From Phycisphaerales bacterium (lineage in GTDB: Bacteria; Planctomycetota; Phycisphaerae; Phycisphaerales; UBA1924), in assembly GCA_965227775.1 (NCBI GenBank), contig OZ245777.1:1600001-1664000 (forward strand): a stretch of DNA of 64,000 nt. Direction: 5' to 3'. Shown one piece after another: positions 50,923-60,733 of this stretch. Under the pieces are notes generated by a model. The model made no database searches. It saw only the letters and a program-made list of their open reading frames with translations, and was not told where the DNA came from. The first letter of the stretch is position 1; each line of letters starts with the position of its first letter. The translations under genes and the position numbers were made by a program.

Positions 50923-51030
50923 ATGACCCACGCCCGAACGCTCCATGCCTTCCTCGCCACCGCCAGCGGCCCCATCTGCGACGACTGGCTCGCGTCCCAC
51001 ACCGTCACGCCGCTGGAAGCCGGCGGCTGA
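50923..51030 (+). CDS. Possible 35-aa small ORF or gene remnant
   Basis: GGGAGG 6 nt before the ATG; MTHARTLHAFLATASGPICDDWLASHTVTPLEAGG. Confidence 0.3.
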   Translation: MTHARTLHAFLATASGPICDDWLASHTVTPLEAGG

Positions 51031-51135
51031 GCAGCTTCCTGGAAGCGGTTGGCGAAACTCCGCGGTCCTGTTCCGGATAGAAGCTCGGGTACCTGTCGTC
51101 AGACTTCTGTTGACCCGCTCCGGAGAAACATCGCC

Positions 51136-51888
51136 ATGCGCTCCATGCTTGCCCCGCTTGCCTGTGCTTCCGTGCTTGTGAGCGCCACCCTCGCCGACGA
51201 GACCGGCTTCGACGAGTTCGTGCCGGGGTTCCTCGGCTTGTCGTTCGAGTCCGGCGGCATCACGTTCTCGAACAACATCCAATTCCGCGGCGAGGACCCG
51301 GTGGAGTTCGCCGCGACTAACAGCACGGGCACGTTCACGGGCGATCCGGCGTTCAGCCCCGAGAACACCATGAACTCGGGGCTATGGACCACGGGCACGT
51401 TCGCCTGGCTCGTGCGCAGCCACCAGTGGCTCGCGACGACTGGCGAGATGGCCAACCACGCCTCGGTCGAGCTGTGGTACAACTCGGGCGAGGACTGGGA
51501 CGGCATCGAGGTGTACCTCGAGGGTTTGGTGGGCGATGCCGTGGTCGTCAGCGACTCGTTCACGCACCGCGAGACGACCGCGAAGTACGAGCACGCGCGG
51601 CTGGAGATCGAGGGTGAGGCGTTCGAGCGCATCCGCTTCATCTGTCGCGGCGTGGGGCCGACGGGTGATCGCGACGGCATCCTGGCGTGCTTCGACAACG
51701 TCGTGATCGAGATGGCCTCGTGTTCGGCCGACTTTGATGGCGACGGCGAGCTGACCATCTTCGACTTCCTCGCCTTCCAGAACGCCTTCGACGCGATGGA
51801 TCCGCTGGCCGACTTCGATGGCGACGGCGAGTTCACCATCTTCGACTTCCTGGCGTTCCAGAACGCGTTCGATGCGGGGTGCGAGTAG
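51136..51888 (+). CDS. Secreted protein with a C-terminal GC-type dockerin anchor
   Basis: Signal peptide, a beta-sandwich-like body ending in 'FDNV' and C-terminal 'CSADFDGDG.LTIFDFLAFQN..DAGCE'. Confidence 0.85.
   Translation: MRSMLAPLACASVLVSATLADETGFDEFVPGFLGLSFESGGITFSNNIQFRGEDPVEFAATNSTGTFTGDPAFSPENTMNSGLWTTGTFAWLVRSHQWLATTGEMANHASVELWYNSGEDWDGIEVYLEGLVGDAVVVSDSFTHRETTAKYEHARLEIEGEAFERIRFICRGVGPTGDRDGILACFDNVVIEMASCSADFDGDGELTIFDFLAFQNAFDAMDPLADFDGDGEFTIFDFLAFQNAFDAGCE
51721..51888 (+). repeat. GC-type dockerin cassette, copy 2
   Basis: Two near-identical internal halves (gccgactt.gatggcgacggcgag.t.accatcttcgacttcct.gc.ttccagaacgc.ttcga). Confidence 0.85.
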
Positions 51889-51904
51889 CGCGCTGTCGAA
51901 CGCT

Positions 51905-52405
51905 CTATCCACGGTTTTGCTCCTCGCCGAGCTGCATCAGGAACTCCTTGCACGCGGGGAAGCGCAGTGTCGCCTCGGACATCATCGTGTCGTGCACGAT
52001 GAACCCAGCCTTCTCGAGCACGCGCACCGAGGCGGCGTTGGTTGTCGCAACGCGGGCCCAGAGCGGCCTGGCCTCCACCTCGTCGAGCAGCAATCCGAGC
52101 GCCGTCGAGGCGATGCCGCGCCCCCAGTACCGCTCACCCAGCCAATAGCCGACCGACGGGCGGCCATCGAGGGGGAAGCTGGAGATCGAACCGGCGACGT
52201 TTCCATCGCACTCGATCGTCCGGGCGACCACGTTGGAGTCATGGAGGACGCGTTGCCAGTGTTGCAGGAACTCTTCGTGGCTGCGCGGGTTCGCGACCGC
52301 CATCGCGTTGCCACTGGGCTCGCACTCAAAGTCGAAGAAGATCGGAAGATCGGTCGGCGTCACTGCCCGCAGCGTGATGGAAGGCAAAGGTCGGGGCGCG
52401 GCCAT
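51905..52405 (-). CDS. GNAT acetyltransferase (RimJ/RimL-like)
   Basis: 'VGYWLG..YWGRGIAS.A' and 'N.AS.RVLEKAGF'. Confidence 0.9.
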   Translation of the reverse strand: MAAPRPLPSITLRAVTPTDLPIFFDFECEPSGNAMAVANPRSHEEFLQHWQRVLHDSNVVARTIECDGNVAGSISSFPLDGRPSVGYWLGERYWGRGIASTALGLLLDEVEARPLWARVATTNAASVRVLEKAGFIVHDTMMSEATLRFPACKEFLMQLGEEQNRG

Positions 52406-52445
52406 CTTGTTCTCCACCGTGTGGGCGGTCCGGAGCCCCATCTTA

Positions 52446-53576
52446 TCATGGCGTCATTGGATTTCGCCGTGCTTCACGACCGCTGACCGGATTCACCCGC
52501 GCAAATGTCCCATCCTCGAACACCACGCGATAGTCCGCGTTGTGCCGCGCATCGGGCGTCGGGTAGTCGGTGGTGATGACCTGGACGCCGCTAGCCATCG
52601 CGGCCTCGAAGCGGCTGCGGTCGTTTGAACGCATCTCGTGCGTGCCGGCGTCGGCGCGGGTGCGGACGATGTGGCCGGCCTGGACGAGCCGGGCGATCCG
52701 CGCTTGGTTGCGCTTCGGGTCGTTGATGACGTGGAATACCCCGTACGGTGAGCCCTCGGGCCCGCTCGTGAACATGGGCCGGCCGGCCATCGGCTCGTTC
52801 TGGTCGACGTACATGTTGCGGATAGCGCCGCCGTGATCGACAACGAACAGGAAGCGTCCTCGCACCTCATCAACGGCCGGCCAGCCGTCGTGCTCGATTG
52901 CATCGACCAGTGTGGAACGCTCGCCGCGCACGAGGTCGGGCGTGATGAGAAGATCGACGCCGAGCGTTTCGACCAGCACGCGGTCGAGCTCTCGCATCGC
53001 GGGCGTGTCCCACTCGATCGCGTCGATGCCCCCGGGCCCCGGTGAGCCGCCGCCCTTGAGGTTCATGGTGACGAACACCGGCAGATGGCCGGGGTTGGCC
53101 ATCGACCAGGCACGCATCTGCCCGAGCGTGCGCTCGAACGAGAGCTCGTGGCTGCGATAGTCGAAGTTGCAGTCGTGCATCACCTTGAAGCCCGGCTCGT
53201 CCATCACGCCATCGACGTTGAATGGCAACGCCTGCACGCCGACGCCCTTCAGGATGATGTGGCCGAGCGGCCGGCGGTAGTGCCCGCCCTCGGGGTCGTT
53301 GTAGATGTCCAGCTCAAGATTGCGCACACCAATGTCGAGCTGCTCTGGGATGGGCGGGTGCGCGTAATCCCAATTGGCGGCGTCCTCCCGGTGGGCGATC
53401 ATGATCTCGAAGAGCTCGGGCTGGATGGCCTGCTTGTAGCTGTTGTGCGTGCCGATGACCTGGACCTGGTTCAGCCGCAGCTGCCCAAGGCCGGGATGGT
53501 CTCGCGTTGGCTCGGCTGGCGCGGCTTGCAACAACGCAGCAATCAGGGTTACGAGTGTCACGATCGTGGCGGGCAT
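52446..53576 (-). CDS. Secreted Ca2+-dependent phosphoinositide phospholipase C-like protein (PI-PLC-C1 family)
   Basis: Signal peptide, 'QVIGTHNSY', 'QLD.GVR.LELD', 'F.VMH', 'VRTRAD', 'ITTDY'. Confidence 0.85.
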   Translation of the reverse strand: MPATIVTLVTLIAALLQAAPAEPTRDHPGLGQLRLNQVQVIGTHNSYKQAIQPELFEIMIAHREDAANWDYAHPPIPEQLDIGVRNLELDIYNDPEGGHYRRPLGHIILKGVGVQALPFNVDGVMDEPGFKVMHDCNFDYRSHELSFERTLGQMRAWSMANPGHLPVFVTMNLKGGGSPGPGGIDAIEWDTPAMRELDRVLVETLGVDLLITPDLVRGERSTLVDAIEHDGWPAVDEVRGRFLFVVDHGGAIRNMYVDQNEPMAGRPMFTSGPEGSPYGVFHVINDPKRNQARIARLVQAGHIVRTRADAGTHEMRSNDRSRFEAAMASGVQVITTDYPTPDARHNADYRVVFEDGTFARVNPVSGREARRNPMTP

Positions 53577-53697
53577 GGGGCACCTCGTCTGGTTCGGTGC
53601 TCCAAGTGTTGGCGACGCGGGCGGAGCCGTCCGAGCCGGACGGTCGCGCTTGCGCACTCTTGATATACTGGCGTCGCGAACAACGAGGAGAACCAGC

Positions 53698-53895
53698 ATG
53701 GCCCGACGCATCACCCTCAACGCCACCGGCCCCATCCGCATCGATCCGCAGGACAAGCCAGTCTTCGTCTGCGGCTGCGGCCTGACGAACAACTACCCCT
53801 TCTGCGACGGCACCCACAAGACCTGCAAGGACGAAGAAGAAGGCAAGGTGTACGAGTACGACGAGCAGGGACATCGGCGCGAAGTCGAAGGTTGA
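53698..53895 (+). CDS. CDGSH iron-sulfur domain protein
   Basis: 'CGCGLT...PFCDGTH'. GAGGAG ribosome-binding site. Confidence 0.9.
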   Translation: MARRITLNATGPIRIDPQDKPVFVCGCGLTNNYPFCDGTHKTCKDEEEGKVYEYDEQGHRREVEG

Positions 53896-53906
53896 GTACG
53901 TAAAGA

Positions 53907-53933
53907 GAAAGCGGCCCGAATGGGGCCGCTTTC
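53907..53933. terminator. Bidirectional intrinsic terminator (CDGSH gene / dnaK)
   Basis: GAAAGCGGCCC-GAATG-GGGCCGCTTTC. Confidence 0.75.
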
Positions 53934-53971
53934 GTCTCTCCTAATCCACAGCCTCGTGTTCGGGCTAAGGC

Positions 53972-55882
53972 CTACTTGTCCTCGTCCTTCACCTTGAACT
54001 CCGCATCGATCACGTCGTCGTCGTTCTCGGCGGCGTCCTTGGGCTCGGCCTGGCTGGCGGCGCCGGCGTCTCCGCCAGCGGCGCCCTGGGCCTCGTAGAT
54101 CGCCTTGCCGAGTTCCATCGCGACGGTCTCGAGCTGCTTGCTCGCGGCCTCGATGGCATCCTTGTCGTCGGTCTTGAGCTTCTCTTCGAGGTTGGAGATA
54201 GCGCTCTCGATGTTGCCGCGGATGTCGCTGCTGACCTTCTCGCCGTGCTCTTCGAGCTGCTGGCGGATCTGGTGCACCATCTGATCACCGCGATTCTTGG
54301 TCTCAACGAGCTCGCGACGCTTCTTGTCTTCCTCGGCGTGCATCTCGGCATCGCGCTTCATCTTGTCGATCTCCTCCTCGGACAGGCCGCCCGAGTTGGT
54401 GATCTTGATGTCGGCGCTCTTGCCAGTCTTCTTCTCGGTCGCGGTGACCTGAAGAATGCCGTTCGCGTCAATGTTGAACTCGACCTCGATCTGCGGCATG
54501 CCGCGCGGCGCGGGCGGGATGCCCTCGAGGTCGAACTGGCCGAGCAGGCGGTTGTCGGCGGCCATCTTGCGCTCACCCTGGCTGACCTTGATGGTCACGC
54601 TGGGCTGGTTGTCGGTGGCCGTCGAGAAGGTCTCGCTCTTCTTGGTGGGGATGGTCGTGTTGCGCTCGATGAGCGTGGTCATCACGCCGCCCATGGTCTC
54701 GACGCCCAGGCTCAGCGGCGTGACGTCCAGCAGCAGCACGTCCTTCACGTCGCCCTTGAGCACGCCGCCCTGAACGGCCGCGCCGATCGCGACCACCTCG
54801 TCGGGGTTCACGCTCTTGTTGGGCTCCTTGCCGAAGATCTCCTTGGCGATCTCCTGGACCTTGGGCATGCGCGTCGAGCCGCCCACCAGAACGATCTCGT
54901 CGATCTTGCTCGCGTCGAGCTTCGCGTCCTTGATCGCCGCCAGGCACGGCTCGCGGAGCCGCTTGTAGAGGTCCTCGCACAGGCTCTCGAACTTGCTGCG
55001 CGTGATGGTGATCTGCAGGTGCTTGGGGCCCGTATCGGTTGCCGTGATGAACGGCAGGTTGATGGTCGTCTCCTGCATGGTGGAGAGCTCAACCTTTGCT
55101 TTCTCGGCGGCTTCTTTCAGGCGCTGCAGGGCCATCGCGTCGTCACGGACATCCACACCTTCCTGACGCTTGAACTCGTCGGCCAGGTGGTTGATCAGTC
55201 GCTGGTCCCAGTCGTCGCCGCCCAGGTGGGTGTCGCCGTTGGTGCTCAAGACCTCGAACACGCCGTCGGCGACGTCGAGGATCGAGATGTCGAACGTACC
55301 GCCACCAAGGTCGAACACGGCGACCTTCTCGTTCTTCTTGCGGTCGAGGCCGTACGCGAGCGCGGCGGCGGTCGGCTCGTTGATGATGCGCTTGACCGTG
55401 AGGCCCGCGATCTCGCCGGCGTCCTTGGTCGCCTGCCGCTGGCTGTCGTTGAAGTACGCTGGCACGGTGATGACCGCTTCGGTCACCAGCTCGCCCAGGT
55501 AATCCTCGGCGACCTTCTTGAGCTCTTGCAGGATGAACGCCGAGATCTGTTGGGGCGTGTAGCTCTCGCCTCGGACCGTCACATTCACGAACTCGTCCGG
55601 TCCGCCCGTGACCTCGTAGGGCACGTTCTTCTCTTCGCTGGCGACTTCCTTGTGGCGGCGGCCCATGAAGCGCTTGATCGAGTAGACGGTGTTCTTGGGG
55701 TTGGTCACCTGCTGGTGCTTGGCCTGCTGGCCCACCAGACGCTCGCCCTTATCGGTGAACGCGACGACCGATGGGGTCGTGCGGTTGCCCGAGGCATTGA
55801 TGAGGACCTTGGCCTCGCTGCCTTCCATAACGGCCACGACCGAGTTGGTCGTGCCCAGATCGATGCCGATGATTTTTGACAT
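53972..55882 (-). CDS. dnaK: Chaperone DnaK
   Basis: 'GIDLGTTNS', 'TVPAYFND', 'DLGGGTFD', 'VNPDEVVA'. AAGGAGG ribosome-binding site. Confidence 0.98.
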   Translation of the reverse strand: MSKIIGIDLGTTNSVVAVMEGSEAKVLINASGNRTTPSVVAFTDKGERLVGQQAKHQQVTNPKNTVYSIKRFMGRRHKEVASEEKNVPYEVTGGPDEFVNVTVRGESYTPQQISAFILQELKKVAEDYLGELVTEAVITVPAYFNDSQRQATKDAGEIAGLTVKRIINEPTAAALAYGLDRKKNEKVAVFDLGGGTFDISILDVADGVFEVLSTNGDTHLGGDDWDQRLINHLADEFKRQEGVDVRDDAMALQRLKEAAEKAKVELSTMQETTINLPFITATDTGPKHLQITITRSKFESLCEDLYKRLREPCLAAIKDAKLDASKIDEIVLVGGSTRMPKVQEIAKEIFGKEPNKSVNPDEVVAIGAAVQGGVLKGDVKDVLLLDVTPLSLGVETMGGVMTTLIERNTTIPTKKSETFSTATDNQPSVTIKVSQGERKMAADNRLLGQFDLEGIPPAPRGMPQIEVEFNIDANGILQVTATEKKTGKSADIKITNSGGLSEEEIDKMKRDAEMHAEEDKKRRELVETKNRGDQMVHQIRQQLEEHGEKVSSDIRGNIESAISNLEEKLKTDDKDAIEAASKQLETVAMELGKAIYEAQGAAGGDAGAASQAEPKDAAENDDDVIDAEFKVKDEDK

Positions 55883-55928
55883 AGTGGCCTCCTTTTCGGG
55901 CGGCCGGGCCGCCTGCGTCGAGGTCAGT

Positions 55929-55944
55929 TGCAAGGGCGATGCCA
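55929..55944 (-). promoter_or_regulatory. sigma54 (-24/-12) promoter upstream of dnaK
   Basis: Minus-strand TGGCATCGCCCTTGCA matches TGGCAC-N5-TTGCW with exact GG-N10-GC spacing, ending 46 nt before the ATG. Confidence 0.7.
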
Positions 55945-55981
55945 AGCGCCCGGGAGCACCCGGAACGGGCTTCAGAGGCTC

Positions 55982-56230
55982 TCAAGGGGCCGGATCAAGC
56001 CTGGATTCCTGCCCATCGGCTGGGGTGGGCATGGGTTCTGCCGAAGTGGCAGGCGCCTGTGGGGTGTGCCGCAGCGGGCCCAGGGCGTCGATGCCGAAGC
56101 AGCCGCGCAGCACGAGCAGGCTGCACAAGAACAGCCAGAGCCCAAAGAAGACCCCGCACCCCACGCTGGGCGGGTTCATCGCTTCGATGCGCTTGCGGAT
56201 CTTTTTCAGTTCTTCGGCTTCACTAGCCAT
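55982..56230 (-). CDS. Small single-TM protein
   Basis: One hydrophobic helix and a Pro-rich tail. Begins 3 nt after the upstream stop. Confidence 0.55.
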   Translation of the reverse strand: MASEAEELKKIRKRIEAMNPPSVGCGVFFGLWLFLCSLLVLRGCFGIDALGPLRHTPQAPATSAEPMPTPADGQESRLDPAP

Positions 56231-56233
56231 CAG

Positions 56234-57679
56234 TCACGGGCCTCCGGGTGGAGCGGGTAGCGGTGCACCGTCGGCGGCGGTCCATGGGCCGGTGCCCGAC
56301 ATGAGCGTCTGGAAGTCGGGTAGCGGCGGCAAGCCCGAGTTCGCGCGAAGTTGGTTCTGCTGGTCGATCTCGAATGTGCTTCCGGTGGCCGTGTCAAACA
56401 TCGACGCGCCGTCGAGGTGGACCGCATCGGCGATGGTGTCGCCGGGCGTGTTGGGAAGCTCGATCATGATCCAGAGCGCCGGGTCGTCCGAGGGAGCGAT
56501 GCCATGATGAGTGAACACGATGCGACCGATGCGGTGCGCCGTGACGTCCGCCGGCCAGGTTGACGTAATAGCCTGCAACTCGGCACGCCGTTTCGGTTCG
56601 CTCATGGAGCTCAGGGTGCTGGCGAATTCGTTGCCGATTGGTATGTCGAACGTGGTGCTATCTTCGAACACGAAGTACGGAACCATCGAGTTCTGGCCGA
56701 GCAGGCTCGCGCCGTGCAGCGGCGGCGAGGCCGCTTTGACGCGCGTTCGCAGCTCGTTGGCGAGCAAGACCGACTCGAAGTCGAGCTGGCTCTGCGCCGC
56801 CCAGGTCTGTTGGAAGCTCGACATCGATTGCGCCGAGTACGCGACGCCGACGATCATGGCGATGTAGAGCCCAACCACCGAGAGCGATACGAGCACCGGC
56901 GGGATCAGTGTCGCGACAATGGCCGCCCAGATCTTGCACCCGTGCGCGCCCCGCACAGCCGCGGGCGCGCACGCGGACCAGGCCACAAACCCGACCGGGG
57001 GGCCTAGGCACGGCAGCAGCGTAAACAGCCACGAGCCGCTGGTGAACGCGATCGCTTGGTAGGTGCGGCCAATGCCGTCGGGCGTGGGCTGCCGGCACAG
57101 CTTGAGCACGGCGTGCGTGATCAACGTCCAGAAGCCCATGTACACCAGCGGGCCGATGATCAGCGCGCCGGCGATCGTCAGGAAGGCGACGGCCCCGCTT
57201 CCACCACCGCTGAACGACATGAGCAGCGCCATCGCGATGCCAAACAGGCCGGCGGCGAAGAAGTTGAGCAGGGCGAACGAGGTCGCACGGCTGGAGCTGC
57301 CGAACGCCGGCGTGGCCTCGAGCAGCCTGCCGGGCTGTCCGATGCCAGCGCCGATCGTCGAGAACCAGCGGATCTTTCGGTTTGAATCCAGCCACGGGTT
57401 CCGGCTCTGCGTCGGCACCCGCGTGCCCAGCGCGTCGGCGGGCAGCAGCAGCATCTCGTCGATCGTCACGCGCTTGCCGCACGAAACGCAATCGAATTCC
57501 GCGGGCTCGAGCATCCCATGCTCGCTCGTGCCGTAGTAGGTCTGCGAGCAGTGGGGGCAGCAGAACTTCACCGCATTAGGCAGCAGGTCGAACTCGCTGG
57601 GCTTGAACGGCCGCCCGCACTCGGGGCACGGCCCGGCCTTCAGGTTCCACAGCTCATAGTCGCAGCCCGGGCACTTCAT
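56234..57679 (-). CDS. Membrane protein with N-terminal Zn ribbons and a Yip1-like 5-TM region
   Basis: 'CPGCDY.L..L...PCPECG', 'CPHC...C.SC', then multiple TM helices. Confidence 0.8.
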   Translation of the reverse strand: MKCPGCDYELWNLKAGPCPECGRPFKPSEFDLLPNAVKFCCPHCSQTYYGTSEHGMLEPAEFDCVSCGKRVTIDEMLLLPADALGTRVPTQSRNPWLDSNRKIRWFSTIGAGIGQPGRLLEATPAFGSSSRATSFALLNFFAAGLFGIAMALLMSFSGGGSGAVAFLTIAGALIIGPLVYMGFWTLITHAVLKLCRQPTPDGIGRTYQAIAFTSGSWLFTLLPCLGPPVGFVAWSACAPAAVRGAHGCKIWAAIVATLIPPVLVSLSVVGLYIAMIVGVAYSAQSMSSFQQTWAAQSQLDFESVLLANELRTRVKAASPPLHGASLLGQNSMVPYFVFEDSTTFDIPIGNEFASTLSSMSEPKRRAELQAITSTWPADVTAHRIGRIVFTHHGIAPSDDPALWIMIELPNTPGDTIADAVHLDGASMFDTATGSTFEIDQQNQLRANSGLPPLPDFQTLMSGTGPWTAADGAPLPAPPGGP

Positions 57680-57682
57680 GGG

Positions 57683-58273
57683 TCAGGCGGCGCCCCACGA
57701 CTCGACTTCTCTTCGGATGGCGCCGCGCGAGTACCAAAACAGCAGAAAACCCGGCCACGCCAGCGAGATGACGACGGTCAGGATCATCACGATCGCGGAG
57801 AAGCCCTGGCCCGCCATCGCAGGTGGCGCCGCTTGGCCCGACTGCTGCATTTGCTGCATCTGCTGCTGGAAGCTGAGGTACTGGTAGATGCCGCTTGGGA
57901 TCACGAGCAGCACCGCGTACACAACGAAGATGACCACCCACTTGCGCGCGCTCGGCTTGCGGCGCAGGGTCTGGATGCCGGCCACCAGATGCACAATCGA
58001 GATCGGGAGCCCCACGATCGAGAGCAGAAGGCCCATGACCCAGAACGTTCCGGTCTGCTGCAACTCGGGTGGCATCGGTAGAGCGGGCATGATCGCCATC
58101 ATGATCGTGCCGGCAATCCGCTGCAGGAGCCCCAAGCCGCCGAAGATGCAAAGCAGCGTGCCGATGACGTTCGGCCAGCTCGAGCGGTAGCCGGGGACGA
58201 CCCCGGGCTGGGTCGGCGGGGCGACCGATGGGGGTGCGTCGCTGTGCTCGGGGATCGGGGGTGGCTGGTCCAT
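57683..58273 (-). CDS. Hypothetical 4-TM membrane protein
   Basis: Pro-rich N-terminus, 'WP.VIG', four hydrophobic helices. Confidence 0.75.
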   Translation of the reverse strand: MDQPPPIPEHSDAPPSVAPPTQPGVVPGYRSSWPNVIGTLLCIFGGLGLLQRIAGTIMMAIMPALPMPPELQQTGTFWVMGLLLSIVGLPISIVHLVAGIQTLRRKPSARKWVVIFVVYAVLLVIPSGIYQYLSFQQQMQQMQQSGQAAPPAMAGQGFSAIVMILTVVISLAWPGFLLFWYSRGAIRREVESWGAA

Positions 58274-58354
58274 GACGTTGCCCTCGTGCGCGACCGGTGG
58301 CCTGGAGACAGTGCAGGATACCACCGAAGGCCCAAGGGCGAGCCGCAGGTTCGG

Positions 58355-58678
58355 TCAGGGCGTCGCAGCCGGAGAAGCAACCTTATCCAAACGCTCCGCA
58401 TGCACGATGCGGACCACGCGGAGCGCTCGGCACTGGCGGCACCAGCCGAGCGTGGCCTTTCGCGCGTGCCGATTGCCGCCCAGGCGGATCCCGCCGACGC
58501 TCGCCAGCGTCCGGGTCCGGCCGCACGCGGAGCAGCACGCGTACCAGCCCGGAGCCAGATTCTCTGGGAGATCCGGGGGAGGGGCGGTCTCGAGGGCTCT
58601 GCGGACGCGCGGCCATGCCAGGCCGGCGAAGGCCAAGCCCGTAGTAAAAGCCAGGATGATCCACATCCACGGAGCCAT
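58355..58678 (-). CDS. Small membrane-anchored Zn-ribbon protein
   Basis: N-terminal TM helix and 'CSACG...WCRQC'. TATCCT lies 6 nt before the ATG. Confidence 0.6.
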   Translation of the reverse strand: MAPWMWIILAFTTGLAFAGLAWPRVRRALETAPPPDLPENLAPGWYACCSACGRTRTLASVGGIRLGGNRHARKATLGWCRQCRALRVVRIVHAERLDKVASPAATP

Positions 58679-58759
58679 CGCACCAGGATACTCGGAAACC
58701 GGCCTCCTGCGTTGCAATCCATGATCTGCCCTTGATTATCGATCGTCAGCCATTTGTCG

Positions 58760-58803
58760 AATTTTCAAGAATCTTTGAAAATTACAGCCTGGGAACATAT
58801 CCT
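58760..58803 (+). promoter_or_regulatory. mqnE promoter overlapped by a perfect palindrome
   Basis: AATTTTCAA-N6-TTGAAAATT and TTGAAA-N17-TATCCT, ending 5 nt before the ATG. Confidence 0.6.
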
Positions 58804-58808
58804 TCATC

Positions 58809-60119
58809 ATGACAACCGCCGTTGCCGCACCGCAGCCACTCATCGCCGGCCGAGACGCCCGACTCGATGCCATCCGCACCAGGGTCGAGGCCGGCCGGCG
58901 CCTCTCGCTCGATGACGGGATGGTGCTTTATGAAACCGAGGATGTCTGGGGCGTCATCGCGCTTGCCGACCTTGTCCGCCGGCGCATCCACGGCGATGCG
59001 GCGTACTACAACATCAACCGCCACATGAACTACAGCAACGTGTGCGCGCTCTCGTGCAAATTCTGCGAGTTCTATCGCAAGAAGGGCGACGATGGCGCAT
59101 ACACGCGCGACATGGACTACATCCGCAACCAGGCGCTCGAAGCCGTCGAGAACGGCGCCACCGAGATGCACATCGTCGGCGGGCTGCATCCGTACCTGCC
59201 GTGGGACTACTACCCCGAGATGATGCGGACCATCAAGCAAGCCGCACCCAACCTTCACATCAAGGCGCTGACGGCCGTCGAGATCGTGCACCTCGCCAAG
59301 ATCGCCAAGAAGTACAAGCGAACCGATCGGCAAGCCGGCATCCGCTGGGTGCTCAGCGAGCTCAAGGCGGCCGGCCTCGACTCGCTGCCCGGTGGTGGCG
59401 CCGAGGTCTTCGACGACCGCGTGCATGACGAGGCATACAAGGGCAAGATCCGCAGCGATGAGTGGCTCGACGTGCACCTCGTCGCCCACGAGCTCGGGCT
59501 CAACACCAACGCGACGATTTTGTACGGCCATATAGATCAGCGCCGTGAGCGTCTGGTGCACATGGAGATCCTGCGTCGCGCGCAGGACCAGGCACTCGCG
59601 CGGTTGGGATACGAGGGGGTTGATGGCTTCATCGAGCCAGGCCTGGCGGCGACCGAGGGGGTGACCGCGCCGGTCATTACACTGAATCGCGAGGGCGTGC
59701 CCCAGCCGACCCCCGACATGGCCCAGAGCGAGGCGGGCTATTTCCAGACCATCATCCCCTTGCCGTTCTTCCCCGACGGCAGCGAGATGGAGCACCTCTA
59801 CGGGCCGACCGGCCTGGAGAACCTGCGCACCATCGCAATCGCTCGCCTGATGCTCGACAACTTCCCGCACGTCAAGGCGTTCTGGATCATGCAGACCCTC
59901 AGCATGGCCCAACTCATGCTTGAGGCCGGCGCCGACGACATCGACGGTACCGTCGTCTGGTACGACATCACCAAGGTCGGAGGCTCGACGACGCACCAGG
60001 AGACGACGGTGCTCGACTTGCAGCGGTCCATCCGCGAGGCGGGGTTCACGCCCGTGGAGCGCGACACGCTGTATCGTCGAGTGGAGCGTGATGGAAAAGA
60101 GTGGCGCGTGGTGGGGTGA
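58809..60119 (+). CDS. mqnE: Aminofutalosine synthase (CofH/MqnE radical SAM)
   Basis: 'NYSNVCALSCKFC' CX3CX2C, 'EMHIVGGLH', 'KA.TAVEI', 'PGGGAE', 'HVKAFWIM', 'GADDIDGT'. Confidence 0.88.
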   Translation: MTTAVAAPQPLIAGRDARLDAIRTRVEAGRRLSLDDGMVLYETEDVWGVIALADLVRRRIHGDAAYYNINRHMNYSNVCALSCKFCEFYRKKGDDGAYTRDMDYIRNQALEAVENGATEMHIVGGLHPYLPWDYYPEMMRTIKQAAPNLHIKALTAVEIVHLAKIAKKYKRTDRQAGIRWVLSELKAAGLDSLPGGGAEVFDDRVHDEAYKGKIRSDEWLDVHLVAHELGLNTNATILYGHIDQRRERLVHMEILRRAQDQALARLGYEGVDGFIEPGLAATEGVTAPVITLNREGVPQPTPDMAQSEAGYFQTIIPLPFFPDGSEMEHLYGPTGLENLRTIAIARLMLDNFPHVKAFWIMQTLSMAQLMLEAGADDIDGTVVWYDITKVGGSTTHQETTVLDLQRSIREAGFTPVERDTLYRRVERDGKEWRVVG

Positions 60120-60733
60120 ACACGGCTGACTCGAGGTCGAGCCTGATCGCGCTTCGGCGTCTGGAAGCCGCTCGCTTCCTGATCCTGCGAGTTCCCCTCA
60201 CGTTCCTTGTCGGGTTTTCAACTCTCTTGATCGACTACGCGATCACACGGGCGCTCGGCCCTTTCCTCTTCCTTCCGGTCACGTTGTTCATGACTCCCGT
60301 CGCCAGCGCGTGCATGTTCGCTGTCCACGCGCCAGCCGCGCTCAGGTTGCTCGCCCCACATCGGCGGCACCACGACCAGTGGCTCCATGCCTTCGGTTGG
60401 AGCTTCATCGTGTGGTGCCCAATGCTCTACTTCATCTTCTTCTTTGATGTCGTGGGAGTCATCCCAGCGCTGCTCTGTACGTTCGTCCTGGGCGCGTGCA
60501 GCGGGCGTTTGGCGTGGGCTCTCGCGCCGGTCCCACTGGCATTTCTTGGATGGCTGATCACGCCGTCGCTTCCAAGCTCGTCGAGCCACGTTGGTTCTGA
60601 ATTCAACCACATCATCGCTGCTGCAACTTCTTGGAACGTGCTGATGGCGGCATGGGCCGGGCTGGTTGGCATGGTCTTGCCCTCTCGTGCGCCCGATCGC
60701 GGAGAGCCGGAGATGCAAGGCTCAGACCAATAA
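60116..60733 (+). CDS. Hypothetical membrane protein
   Basis: About 6 hydrophobic segments. GTGA overlap with the mqnE stop. Confidence 0.55.
   Translation: MNTADSRSSLIALRRLEAARFLILRVPLTFLVGFSTLLIDYAITRALGPFLFLPVTLFMTPVASACMFAVHAPAALRLLAPHRRHHDQWLHAFGWSFIVWCPMLYFIFFFDVVGVIPALLCTFVLGACSGRLAWALAPVPLAFLGWLITPSLPSSSSHVGSEFNHIIAAATSWNVLMAAWAGLVGMVLPSRAPDRGEPEMQGSDQ

Noticed and set aside
45571..52405. Prophage or gene transfer agent interpretation of the capsid-like domain
   Set aside because: No portal, terminase, protease, tail or integrase genes, and the domain is embedded in a membrane protein.
54245..55879. 544-aa ORF antisense to dnaK
   Set aside because: This is the familiar shadow frame opposite hsp70 genes, caused by codon bias in a high-GC genome. 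It has no independent signals.
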